A DNA stretch of 49,894 nt, from the NCBI GenBank assembly GCA_051819745.1, contig JBNJGO010000002.1:8781-58674 (forward strand), in the 5' to 3' direction. Positions 39,644 to 47,788 of this stretch are shown piece after piece. Source of the DNA: Nanobdellota archaeon. Its GTDB lineage: Archaea; Nanobdellota; Nanobdellia; Woesearchaeales; SKGA01. The first letter of the stretch is position 1. Each line of letters begins with the position of its first letter. The translations under genes were made by a program, and so were the position numbers. The notes under the pieces were generated by a model. That model saw nothing but the letters and a program-made list of their open reading frames with translations. It made no database searches and was not told the origin of the DNA.

Positions 39644-39651
39644 AAAAAAAA
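39644..39651 (-). terminator. Oligo-T tract immediately 3' of tRNA-Phe
   Basis: A8 run on the plus strand = T8 on the tRNA strand, starting one nt after the discriminator base. Confidence 0.4.
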
Positions 39652-39762
39652 TGGGCTGGGAGGGATTTGAACCCTCGACTTCACCGTTTCAATACTTTAC
39701 AAGGCGATTTGCTTTGTTGAAGTGCTTCAGCGGTGCGCTCTGCCAGACTGAGCTACCGGCCC
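39652..39762 (-). tRNA. tRNA-Phe (GAA) with a 37-nt intron at the canonical 37/38 position
   Basis: Minus strand: GGGCCGG TA GCTC AGTCTGGCA GAGC G CACCG CTGAAG [37-nt intron] A CGGTG AAGTC GAGGG TTCAAAT CCCTC CCAGCCC A. All stems pair except a C5:A68 mismatch; no encoded CCA. Confidence 0.85.
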
Positions 39763-39790
39763 TTGAATCTAGAGATAGTGATAGTAACCG

Positions 39791-39800
39791 CTTTATAAGG
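39791..39800 (-). promoter_or_regulatory. TATA-box-like element upstream of tRNA-Phe
   Basis: Minus strand reads CCTTATAAAG about 30 nt upstream of tRNA position 1. Confidence 0.35.
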
Positions 39801-40042
39801 TTTTCGACAACAAGAAGCATCTCAAAAGAAAATCGCGGATGTTTTCTTTTTTGACAGTATTCATGCTAATTTTTAGTAAAGGACCCCTCCTTTAGCGTTA
39901 GATAATACTTGTTTTACAAAATCAGAGTTTTTTGAATTATAATTTGTGATTTATAGACGTGTTGATAATAAAAAAAGTTACTCCTTTATAATGGTATCAA
40001 AAACAAAATATTTATATAATAAATGTTTTTTGAAATATTTTT

Positions 40043-40333
40043 ATGAAAAATCAAGATGAACTATATGTTAGAAATATTGCTTCTCAAATCCCTGGAGTAA
40101 CATCTAGATTAGGTACTGCACAAGAAGATTGTGGCTATAACAAAGCAGATGTTATTTTAACGTATAATGGAAACGAGTATTATATTCAAGTATCACATAC
40201 ACCAAAATCAAAAAAAGAACAAAAGAAATTATCTAAAAGAGGAACACACCCTATACACACCCATAAATTTCAAGAATTACCTTTAGATGAAAAAATAATC
40301 TATAAAAACATCGAAGAAATAATAAATAATTAA
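40043..40333 (+). CDS. Hypothetical small protein
   Basis: 96-aa ORF, no clear SD, no family recognised. Confidence 0.35.
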   Translation: MKNQDELYVRNIASQIPGVTSRLGTAQEDCGYNKADVILTYNGNEYYIQVSHTPKSKKEQKKLSKRGTHPIHTHKFQELPLDEKIIYKNIEEIINN

Positions 40334-40366
40334 CAAAAAAAAATTCTATTTTTTTATTGTTTAAAT

Positions 40367-40833
40367 TCATCTCTTAATTCCATCCAAAGTTTTCCTAAAA
40401 TATTTCCCATCTTTATTTTCACCCCAACCCCATATTGCATCTCTCCAAGAATCTTCAATTATTTCTCGAGTACCAGATTGTATTAATTTTTTTAGAACAT
40501 AAGGATGTTGACGTATTTTATGTCTCAAAATATTTTTCATCACAGATCTTTTCTTTTCATTCCAAGCAGTATCTCGAAAAGACTTATAGGAAATAGCTAT
40601 TTTATGAGCATCATGTGCAGACTTCGCAGATTTTATTTTTTCAAAAATTCCAGGATTTGTTTTAATAAATTTCATTGCTTGATACGCATGTTCTGATGTC
40701 GGAAATAGAATACCGTTATATTCTACTTGAAATGAAGAATAATTATCAAAAATATAAATTCTTTTGGATAAAAAAATATGTTATCTTCAGCTCCAGGTTG
40801 ATTTACTCGATCATGAGAAGATTGTTGTTCCAT
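40367..40833 (-). pseudogene. NADAR (YbiA/DUF1768) family gene interrupted by a frameshift
   Basis: C-terminal 102-aa ORF (SFRDTAWNEKK...EDSWRDAIWGWGENKDG). The upstream frame encodes MEQQSSHDRVNQPGAEDNIFFYPKEFIF, and the shifted frame continues DNYSSFQVEYNGILFPTSEHAYQAMKF. The frames join at an A5/T5 run at 40748-40752. Confidence 0.7.
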
Positions 40834-40878
40834 AACACACAAAAAAGCAATCAATTTTATAAACATTACCCTTTATTT

Positions 40879-40910
40879 GGAATTAAAAAATCAATTAATT
40901 CCTGTTAATT
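40879..40910 (+). repeat. Truncated attC-like arm (A1): hairpin plus CCTGTTAATT
   Basis: GGAATTAA-aaaatcaa-TTAATTCC followed by TGTTAATT; the 3' part TTAATTCCTGTTAATT matches the 3' arm of the 88-nt repeat at 41645-41732 (TTAAATTCCTGTTAATT). Confidence 0.5.
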
Positions 40911-40912
40911 AC

Positions 40913-40980
40913 TCTGAAGGCGAGAGCGCAGCGTGGTCGTAGTAAAATCTTTGATTTTACGGAGAAGTTGAATAAAAGAG
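40913..40980 (+). repeat. Second-type boundary repeat (A2) ending GAAGTTGAATAAAAGAG
   Basis: Aligns with 47879-47965; contains hairpin GTAAAAT-ctttg-ATTTTAC and a GTTGAAT core at 40967-40973. Confidence 0.6.
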
Positions 40981-40982
40981 CG

Positions 40983-41591
40983 TTACAGGAGATCTAATAG
41001 TTGTTCTTTAATATGGTTGAATATTTTTTCATGACCTTTAGTGTTTGGGTGCAGTCCATCTGATAAATCAGATCTAATTATTAAATTGAAAAGTGGAATA
41101 AAATTAATTTTGTTTTCAATGCATTTTTTGGAAATTATATTGTTGTAATTTTTTATATCTTTGTTTTTCCAAAATTCGTTTTCATTCCAAGGTTCGGTCA
41201 GTTTTTCATCAACTTTCATTAATCCTGTAAAAATAATATTTTTAGAATATTTTTTTGCAGTTTCAATTATTTTTTGCAAATTTTCATCGAATTCTTTTTT
41301 AGATATAAATACATTATTTGGTTCATCAATATATCTTAGATCATTAGAACCAATTGAAAATAATAAAATTAAATCCTCTTTTTCAATTTGATTTATTTTA
41401 TGAACATCTGATTCCAAAAAATCTAAAACACCACGAGTGTCATTTGATGAAACAGAAAAATTGTATATTCCAACTCCTTGATCTTCATAGTTTTGCAAAA
41501 AATGAGTTTTTAATCTTTCAACCCAACCACCTTTTTCATTATCAAAAGCACCCCATGCAATACTATCTCCAAAAACTAAAATTTTAACCAT
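40983..41591 (-). CDS. SGNH/GDSL-family hydrolase
   Basis: 202 aa; ILVFGDSIAWG (block I Ser), GSND (block III), DGLHPNTKGH (block V). Confidence 0.85.
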   Translation of the reverse strand: MVKILVFGDSIAWGAFDNEKGGWVERLKTHFLQNYEDQGVGIYNFSVSSNDTRGVLDFLESDVHKINQIEKEDLILLFSIGSNDLRYIDEPNNVFISKKEFDENLQKIIETAKKYSKNIIFTGLMKVDEKLTEPWNENEFWKNKDIKNYNNIISKKCIENKINFIPLFNLIIRSDLSDGLHPNTKGHEKIFNHIKEQLLDLL

Positions 41592-41644
41592 ATTAATTTG
41601 ATTTATTTGATTATTTAAATAGTTTGGTTCTTTTAATCAATTAC

Positions 41645-41732
41645 GTTTAACATCGAAGTTAAGGAGAGTTTCGACTGAAAGGAGGAATTCGGGCGGAGTC
41701 CGCAATACAGAAAAGTTAAATTCCTGTTAATT
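41645..41732 (+). repeat. 88-nt attC-like imperfect palindromic repeat (B1)
   Basis: GTTTAAC-ATCGAAGTTAAGGAGAG...AATTCGGGCGGAGTCCGCAA...AGTTAAATTCCT-GTTAATT; same length as 47789-47876, with about 62 of 88 positions identical in an ungapped hand alignment. Confidence 0.7.
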
Positions 41733-41860
41733 TCATCCGACCAAAGGGAAGACCTAAAATTTAGTGCAACGATGCCAAAGGCAAAAAAATAAAGTCATAA
41801 ATCCAGTTTATATACTATTAAAGAATACCTAAAAATAATATTAAAAAAAAAATAAAAAAA

Positions 41861-42508
41861 TTATTTATATTCAACATCAGCAGTAGATCTGAGTTCTTGA
41901 ATAAGAACACTTGTCGCTTCCTGCTGTTTTTGTTGCTCAAGTTGCGCAACAATTTGAGGTTTTAACTCTTCATATGAAGGCACACCATCAGGCGATTGCG
42001 TTTTATACGTTTCATAAAATTCTCGAGTTTCATCTTCAGTTACATTAAACGATTGACCTTCAAGTTGAGTTTCTAAATAGCTTTGAGTCGCCATTTGGTC
42101 TTTTATATTTTCTAACTCTTCCTCGTAAGAAGCTCCTTGCGATTCAATTTGTTGTTTGTAAGCATCCAAAGTCATATTTTGCAGGACAAGCTGTTGTTCA
42201 ATCACAGATTCTGCTTCTTCAGTCGCGACAACAATATTTTCTTGTTGAACTTTTTGTTCAAGCACTTTTTGATTTATCACCTGTTCAAGCACTTCTTCTT
42301 CCGAAACCTGTTGTCCTTGTTGTAAGAAAGATTCTTGAATTGTAGAAACTTCTTCAGATACAATCTCCTCACCATTGACTACGGCTACAACATCGCCAGT
42401 CATAGATTCAGCAGGTGCATCGTCTTCTAGTTCTGATGTACTGCATCCCACCATAAGAATAACAGATAGCACCAAAACAATTGTCATCATATTTTTTAGG
42501 TTTGCCAT
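41861..42508 (-). CDS. SurA-N-terminal-domain-like chaperone lipoprotein
   Basis: Start placed at MANLKNMMTIVLVLSVILMVGCS (lipobox MVGC); VAVVNGEEI..., a Glu/Gln-rich helical body reminiscent of SurA_N/PrsA N-terminal domains. Confidence 0.5.
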   Translation of the reverse strand: MANLKNMMTIVLVLSVILMVGCSTSELEDDAPAESMTGDVVAVVNGEEIVSEEVSTIQESFLQQGQQVSEEEVLEQVINQKVLEQKVQQENIVVATEEAESVIEQQLVLQNMTLDAYKQQIESQGASYEEELENIKDQMATQSYLETQLEGQSFNVTEDETREFYETYKTQSPDGVPSYEELKPQIVAQLEQQKQQEATSVLIQELRSTADVEYK

Positions 42509-42616
42509 TGTAGTAACCGAAAAAAAAACGGTTTTATTTAAATATTTCGGTAAGTTAAATTTTAATTCATATATTTTTATGTGTCCTTTTTTTGTATTTA
42601 GAGAATTTGGAATTGA

Positions 42617-42732
42617 AACTAACATCGGAATTTAACGAAGTTTTTTGCGAAGCAAAAAATTTGGGAGAGAAACGAATTTTGCTTGGCAAAATAGCGAAGC
42701 GGTCGTTTCGAACCCTTTAAGCCCTGTTAAAT
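42617..42732 (+). repeat. 116-nt attC-like repeat variant (C1)
   Basis: AACTAAC-ATCGGAATTTAACG ... CTTTAAGCCCT-GTTAAAT; internal perfect hairpins TTTTTTGC-gaa-GCAAAAAA (42641-42659) and ATTTTGC-ttg-GCAAAAT (42676-42692). Confidence 0.6.
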
Positions 42733-42798
42733 ACGTTTTCCGTTACGAACGAAGTGGAGTCCGGAAAACCTGCGTCCGCAGAGTTGTGTTTAAGTTCC

Positions 42799-42850
42799 AA
42801 TAAATATCGAGCGTAGCGAGTGTAACTGTCCGAAGGACTGGGGGGAGTTC
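42799..42850 (+). repeat. Third-type repeat (zeta) with GCGAGTGTA core and GTCC..GGAC hairpin
   Basis: AATAAATATCGAGCGTAGCGAGTGTAACTGTCCGAAGGACTGGGGGAGTTC aligns with 47696-47757; GGGGAGTTC recurs at 42891-42899 and 42944-42952. Confidence 0.55.
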
Positions 42851-42995
42851 GTTCCTTCAAGCACGAAGTGCCATAGAGAATAAGTATCGAGGGGAGTTCT
42901 TTTTTTATCAAAGCCGAAGGCTCTTTAAGTCAATACATCAAAGGGGGAGTTCCGTTCAACAAAAGCGAACAAAGTGAGCAATTCACTACATTATT

Positions 42996-43760
42996 TTAAT
43001 TTGAATGTTTATTCCAAGGAGTTATTCTTTTTTCAATATACAATAATAATTTATTACCTAAAAAACCAATTAAACCTATTAGTAAAATTATTGCGTACAT
43101 ATCATTAATATTAAAAATTCTTGAGAAATATAGTATTTTATATCCTAAACCACTACTTGCACCAATCATTTCTGCAGCAATAAGTGCCAAAAGTGCAGAT
43201 GAAAAACCTAATCTAATTCCTGTAAGTATCCAATAATAAGAGTGAGGTAGTATTACATATTTAAATTTTTGAAATGTATTTGCATTCATTGATTGTATTG
43301 CTAGTATATGTTCTTTATCAATAGTTTTAACTCCTTTAATAACATTTATGAGTATTGGAAAGAATGAAACCCATAAAATTATGGCGACTTGGGACTTTAT
43401 TCCAATACCTAAAATAAGTATAAATACAGGAAACAAAGCAATAGGAGACAGTGGTCTGAAAAATTCAATTATGGGATCTATGGCATCCTCAAGAATTTTG
43501 AAATATCCCACTAAAAGGCCGATTGGTATAGCGACTATTATGGCAATTCCAAATCCTAGAAAAACTCTAAAAAAACTTATAAAAATATCATTAAAAATGA
43601 GATTATTATAAAAGAGCATTACGAGATGCTTTATAATAGTTAATGGAGGCGGGAAAAATAAAGAAATATAAACGTATTGAGACATTATTTGCCAAAACAA
43701 AACAAGCAATATGAATACATATTTTTGTTTGTCTTTTATATTTAATATATTAAAATTCAT
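42996..43760 (-). CDS. ABC transporter permease, NitT/TauT (SsuC/TauC-like) family
   Basis: Six hydrophobic segments; ...ALLALIAAEMIGASSGLGYKI loop; start placed at MNFNILNIK, overlapping the ATPase 3' end. Confidence 0.85.
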   Translation of the reverse strand: MNFNILNIKDKQKYVFILLVLFWQIMSQYVYISLFFPPPLTIIKHLVMLFYNNLIFNDIFISFFRVFLGFGIAIIVAIPIGLLVGYFKILEDAIDPIIEFFRPLSPIALFPVFILILGIGIKSQVAIILWVSFFPILINVIKGVKTIDKEHILAIQSMNANTFQKFKYVILPHSYYWILTGIRLGFSSALLALIAAEMIGASSGLGYKILYFSRIFNINDMYAIILLIGLIGFLGNKLLLYIEKRITPWNKHSN

Positions 43761-44457
43761 TTTTAATCTCATCATATTTCTTGAACAAATAAGTATTATC
43801 GCTCTCAAGTTTTAGTCTATCAATATTAAACTCTTTTTTTAGATATGTTGGGTTTGAATCGCTTAGTAAGATGATTTTTTCTCCCAATTTTATGGCTTCT
43901 GTGATATTATGAGTTACAAATATTATTGTTAAATTAAATTCTTTTTTTAGTTTTAATAATTCTATTTGAAGTTTATCTCTAGTTATTTCATCCAAAGCAC
44001 TAAATGGTTCATCCATGAGAATGATTTTATGATTAGTCGAAAGGGCTCTTGCAATAGCAACTCTTTGCTTCATACCTCCTGACAATTTATGTATATATTC
44101 TTTTTCATAACCATTTAATTTGACTAATTTAAGAAATTTATTGACTCTTTTGTTCATAATTTCTTTTTTGGTTTTTTTAATTTTAAGGGGTAATGCAATA
44201 TTATCAAAAACATCCATCCAAGGAAATAATGCTAAATGTTGAAAAATTATAGCTATATCATCAGAATTAGATTCAACACTTCCAGAATAAATTTTTTCTA
44301 TTCCACCTAAAATTTTGAGAATGGTTGACTTCCCGCATCCACTTGAACCTACAATGCACGTTATTTTTTCTTTTTCAAAAAAACAACTGAATTTTTCTAA
44401 AATTATTTTTTCGTCATACTTAAAACTAATTTCATTTAAAGAGATCATTTTATTCAC
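43750..44457 (-). CDS. ABC transporter ATP-binding protein (SsuB/TauB-like)
   Basis: GSSGCGKST Walker A, LSGGMKQRVAIARAL signature, LMDEPFSALD Walker B, VTHN H-loop. Confidence 0.92.
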   Translation of the reverse strand: MNKMISLNEISFKYDEKIILEKFSCFFEKEKITCIVGSSGCGKSTILKILGGIEKIYSGSVESNSDDIAIIFQHLALFPWMDVFDNIALPLKIKKTKKEIMNKRVNKFLKLVKLNGYEKEYIHKLSGGMKQRVAIARALSTNHKIILMDEPFSALDEITRDKLQIELLKLKKEFNLTIIFVTHNITEAIKLGEKIILLSDSNPTYLKKEFNIDRLKLESDNTYLFKKYDEIKNEF

Positions 44458-45395
44458 GGAATGTAAATTAATTCGTTTATTGAAATGGGTTCTTTCAAAT
44501 CTCCTCTTTGATTTAATATTTCAATCCATTTCTGTGTTGAATTTAAATTTACATCCGCGTTTTTTTGGAACTTTTGATGGATTATAAATTTTTCATCTAT
44601 TCCTAATTTTTCAGAAATTATTTTTTTTGCTTCTATAGGGTTTTCTTCTATGAAAATGATTGCTTTTTTATACGCCTCGAAAAATTTTTTAACATTTTCG
44701 GGGTTCTCTGCAATATATCTTTCTGAGAAAATACCTATTACTGATTGCATATTTTCTCCAAAAATATCATTAGTGTTAAATAGAACAACAGAATTGTTAT
44801 TTTTTTGTAATAAAAATTCATTATATGGAGTTACCATGCCTGCTACATCAATTTGACCGGATAATAAAGATTGTTCCATATGGGGATGAGGAATTACTAC
44901 AAATTTAACATCATTTTCACTAATATTGTTTTGCTTTAAATATTCTAACGTCATGTAATGAAAAGCTGAACCTAATGTATTTACGCCTATTTTTTTATTA
45001 CGTAAATCTTTAACTGAAGTAATGTTTGAACTTTTTAAAACAATCCATGTGTGAATGGGATTTTGATAAGTTGATGTTTGCATATCCCAAACACCTTTAA
45101 TATTTATTCCATTCTTTCGTGCATTAATTAATGCAATAGTTGATGTTGTAGCCGCATCAGCACTATTACTTGCTAAAGCCTGAATCATTTCAGGTCCGCC
45201 ATATAATTCACCTACAAAATCAACAGTTAAATTTTCTTCTAAAAAAAATCCTTTTTCTTGTGCAATATATACTGGGTCATATACTTTAATTTCGATGTAT
45301 CTGATTTTATTTGAATTATCTTGTTCTGTATTAATACATCCAGAAATAAAAAACAAAGATAGTATGAGTCCTAATATTAATATTGTTTTTTTCAT
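44454..45395 (-). CDS. ABC transporter substrate-binding lipoprotein (NMT1/SsuA-like)
   Basis: Start at MKKTILILGLILSLFFISGC (lipobox); periplasmic-binding-protein-like body; 4-nt overlap with the ATPase start. Confidence 0.78.
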   Translation of the reverse strand: MKKTILILGLILSLFFISGCINTEQDNSNKIRYIEIKVYDPVYIAQEKGFFLEENLTVDFVGELYGGPEMIQALASNSADAATTSTIALINARKNGINIKGVWDMQTSTYQNPIHTWIVLKSSNITSVKDLRNKKIGVNTLGSAFHYMTLEYLKQNNISENDVKFVVIPHPHMEQSLLSGQIDVAGMVTPYNEFLLQKNNNSVVLFNTNDIFGENMQSVIGIFSERYIAENPENVKKFFEAYKKAIIFIEENPIEAKKIISEKLGIDEKFIIHQKFQKNADVNLNSTQKWIEILNQRGDLKEPISINELIYIP

Positions 45396-45448
45396 TATAC
45401 TGATAAAATAGTAAAACATTTAAATAGTTTTTGTTATTTAAGATTAAT

Positions 45449-46246
45449 ATGTTATCTAGAATTAAAAGTTTTGCAAAGGATACTTGTTTTGAATTATGGT
45501 TTGATACAATTGAGCAGTTAAGTGATTCTAGAGGAATTCTTATTTTTTGTCATGGTTGTCCATCTCATCCGTACGATCATTCACCATCTTTAATTGAATA
45601 TTTATCTAAAGAAGAAAATTACTTACTTGTTTTTTTGCATTATAAGGGCACTTGGGAAAGTGGTGGTGTTTGTAACCTAGAAAATTCAGTTGAGAGTGTA
45701 ATCGATGTTTATAATTATTTAAAAGAAGGAGCAATTAAAGACATATTGCGAGATGAAGTGATAACTTTAAACCCAACGAAAGTAACTTTGATTGGAGCAA
45801 GTTTTGGCGGGAGTGTTGCTCTCGTATCCTCTGCAAAACTTAATGTAAAATCGGTTATTGCTTTAGCTCCTGTCATTGATTTTAAAAATCATAATAATAA
45901 AGGATTTGAAGAAAATTTAGATCAAACCTTTTTAAAAATAAATTTAGGTTGGAAAAATCTTTGGAGATTTACAGAATCTGATTGGAATAGATTAAAAAAT
46001 GGACTGCTAGATTTAAATTCGATAGAATATATTGACAAATTTGAAGACACGCAGTTTTTATTAGTTCATGGCAAAGAAGATAAATCAGTTGATTATAAAA
46101 AAAGTGTTAATTTTGTAAACATAATTAATAAAACAAGTACAAATAAAGCAGATATTTTATTATGTGAAAACCAAGGTCATTTTGGATTATTTGGTTTATC
46201 AGATTTAAAAGTTAAAAAAAAGGTTTTGGAATTTCTTAAGGGTTAG
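45449..46246 (+). CDS. Alpha/beta hydrolase (dienelactone hydrolase / S9-like)
   Basis: Nucleophile elbow LIGASFGGSVAL (GxSxG), LLVHGKEDKSVD, C-terminal GHFG; first ATG at 45449 (the ORF-track start is TTG). Confidence 0.7.
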   Translation: MLSRIKSFAKDTCFELWFDTIEQLSDSRGILIFCHGCPSHPYDHSPSLIEYLSKEENYLLVFLHYKGTWESGGVCNLENSVESVIDVYNYLKEGAIKDILRDEVITLNPTKVTLIGASFGGSVALVSSAKLNVKSVIALAPVIDFKNHNNKGFEENLDQTFLKINLGWKNLWRFTESDWNRLKNGLLDLNSIEYIDKFEDTQFLLVHGKEDKSVDYKKSVNFVNIINKTSTNKADILLCENQGHFGLFGLSDLKVKKKVLEFLKG

Positions 46247-47624
46247 GAGCTCTTTTAGCATATGCAGCAACATAACTATCTTCTTTACCGCATAAAACAC
46301 ACGATCTTTCATTTTTCTTATCTGTTTTTAATACTTTTCCTAATAATTCTCCAGGATATTTATCTTCCAGCGTTTTCCCACAAGATTCTTGCAAACAATG
46401 ATTAACTAATGCTACTTTATTATTATCTAAGATAGAATCAATTCCTGCTAATGAATTTGTTTGTATGAGATTTCCATTAAAAAATTCTTGAGATCTATAT
46501 CTTAAACTATTATCCACGTCATGTAAAATATTATCTAGATGACTTACAAAATAATCTATCGAACATTCAGTTCTATCCAACGTATCTCTTCTAGAATATA
46601 ATAAATTGTTATCGCTTGTCATAGTTACTCTAAGAGGAGTTCCATAAACAAGATGTTTTTTCAATCTTTTTTTTATATGTGAAGAATAATCTTCATCTAT
46701 TGAAATGCGATATTTTTTGAGTTTTTCTTTTAAATCTTCAACTTTACTTCTATCAGAAGAATCATTTGATATAATTGCTATTTGTGTAGGTGCTGTGGTT
46801 GAAGTAAAACAAAAACCATACGAATCTGCATGATGTTCAAGTAGCCCTAATAGAAATCGTTCTCCAAATCCAAACCCTACTTGTTTTGCATATTCATTTC
46901 TGCCATCTTTATCTTTTCTTCTAACTTTAAATATTCGAGAAAATCTTTCGTGATGTTTGTAGGTTGTTCCAATTCTCACCATACCTTTTAATGAGGGAAT
47001 TAAAGTTTGAAGTGAGGTAACTTCTTTTGCAACAGGTTTATTTCCCCACATAGATTGATCTATCTCTAAATAAGACAAATTTAATCCATCAAAAAAAGTT
47101 TTTAATATGTCTATTGATCTAGTAAATGCGTTGTTTAATGATTCTTCATCCCATACTAATGAATACGATTCAATAATTCCAGAGTGCTCTTCTTGTCTTA
47201 AGAAGGGAACTCCTCCAGTTACAGGTCTAAATAAATGTTCCTTTAGGTAGATATTCGTAGGAATCATATTTGGATTTTGCTTTACTTTTTTCGATAAAAA
47301 GTGGTTTAAAACAGGGTCGCTTGTTGAATTCAGATATCGTTTCTCTCTATCTCTGCCTTCATTATCATTTAACCAATAAACACCATTACGGAAGTCAAAG
47401 AAATCTTCTGCAACTTTATCTAAAGTCGTACTTGAAACAATTCTAGGTAATTGCATTTCTTCAAAACCAGCTAATTCAAGGATTTCGTAGAATTGTTTGT
47501 AAACTAAATTTTTCCATTTCATCCCTCTTGGTAACCATACAAGTCCTCCTCCAGGAAAAAGTGAGTCTTCTAAACTGACTAATTCTGTTTTTTCCATTAA
47601 TTTTAACGTTTCTTCAAGCGACAT
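46236..47624 (-). CDS. Divergent class II aminoacyl-tRNA synthetase homolog, archaeal/eukaryal ProRS-like
   Basis: 462 aa; collinear with archaeal-type ProRS as I remember it: GGLVWLPRGMKWKNL...GFEEMQLP, VYWLNDNEG...LNSTSDP, motif-2 region FRPVTGGVPFLRQEEH (lacks the usual FR.E), motif-3 GFGFGERFLLGLLEHHAD, anticodon-domain APTQIAIISN, C-terminal Cys pairs. Confidence 0.65.
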   Translation of the reverse strand: MSLEETLKLMEKTELVSLEDSLFPGGGLVWLPRGMKWKNLVYKQFYEILELAGFEEMQLPRIVSSTTLDKVAEDFFDFRNGVYWLNDNEGRDREKRYLNSTSDPVLNHFLSKKVKQNPNMIPTNIYLKEHLFRPVTGGVPFLRQEEHSGIIESYSLVWDEESLNNAFTRSIDILKTFFDGLNLSYLEIDQSMWGNKPVAKEVTSLQTLIPSLKGMVRIGTTYKHHERFSRIFKVRRKDKDGRNEYAKQVGFGFGERFLLGLLEHHADSYGFCFTSTTAPTQIAIISNDSSDRSKVEDLKEKLKKYRISIDEDYSSHIKKRLKKHLVYGTPLRVTMTSDNNLLYSRRDTLDRTECSIDYFVSHLDNILHDVDNSLRYRSQEFFNGNLIQTNSLAGIDSILDNNKVALVNHCLQESCGKTLEDKYPGELLGKVLKTDKKNERSCVLCGKEDSYVAAYAKRAPNP

Positions 47625-47695
47625 ATTATGTGAAAAAGAATAAGTATATTTAAATGTTTTTATTGATACTACTTATTAGTAGATTAATTTTTGTT

Positions 47696-47757
47696 AATAT
47701 AAATGTTCGAGCAACAAAGTTGCGAGTGTAGATGTCCGTGAGGACTAGGAACTCCCC
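47696..47757 (+). repeat. Third-type repeat (zeta), second copy
   Basis: AATATAAATGTTCGAGC...GCGAGTGTAGATGTCCGTGAGGACTAGGAACTCCCC; the terminal GGAACTCCCC is the reverse complement of the GGGGAGTTCC found in the 42.8-kb copy. Confidence 0.55.
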
Positions 47758-47788
47758 AAACCAAAAAAAGAAATGGAAATTTTATTGT

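Noticed and set aside
39591-39854. 87-aa plus-strand ORF
   Set aside because: It lies directly over the tRNA-Phe gene on the opposite strand, so it is an artefact.
39878-39893. Hairpin AAAGGA-cccc-TCCTTT upstream of the first accessory ORF
   Set aside because: It is a single short hairpin that is not shared with the boundary repeats. The evidence is insufficient for a regulatory or recombination role.
40675-40908. 77-aa plus-strand ORF
   Set aside because: It is antisense to the N-terminal half of the frameshifted NADAR gene and runs into the boundary repeat. Its composition is low-complexity.
42717-42911. 64-aa minus-strand ORF, and the N-terminal 39 codons of ORF 41861-42625
   Set aside because: Both lie within the repeat mosaic. 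The SurA-like protein has a proper lipoprotein signal starting at the internal Met (42508), and the upstream extension reads through the attC-like repeat.
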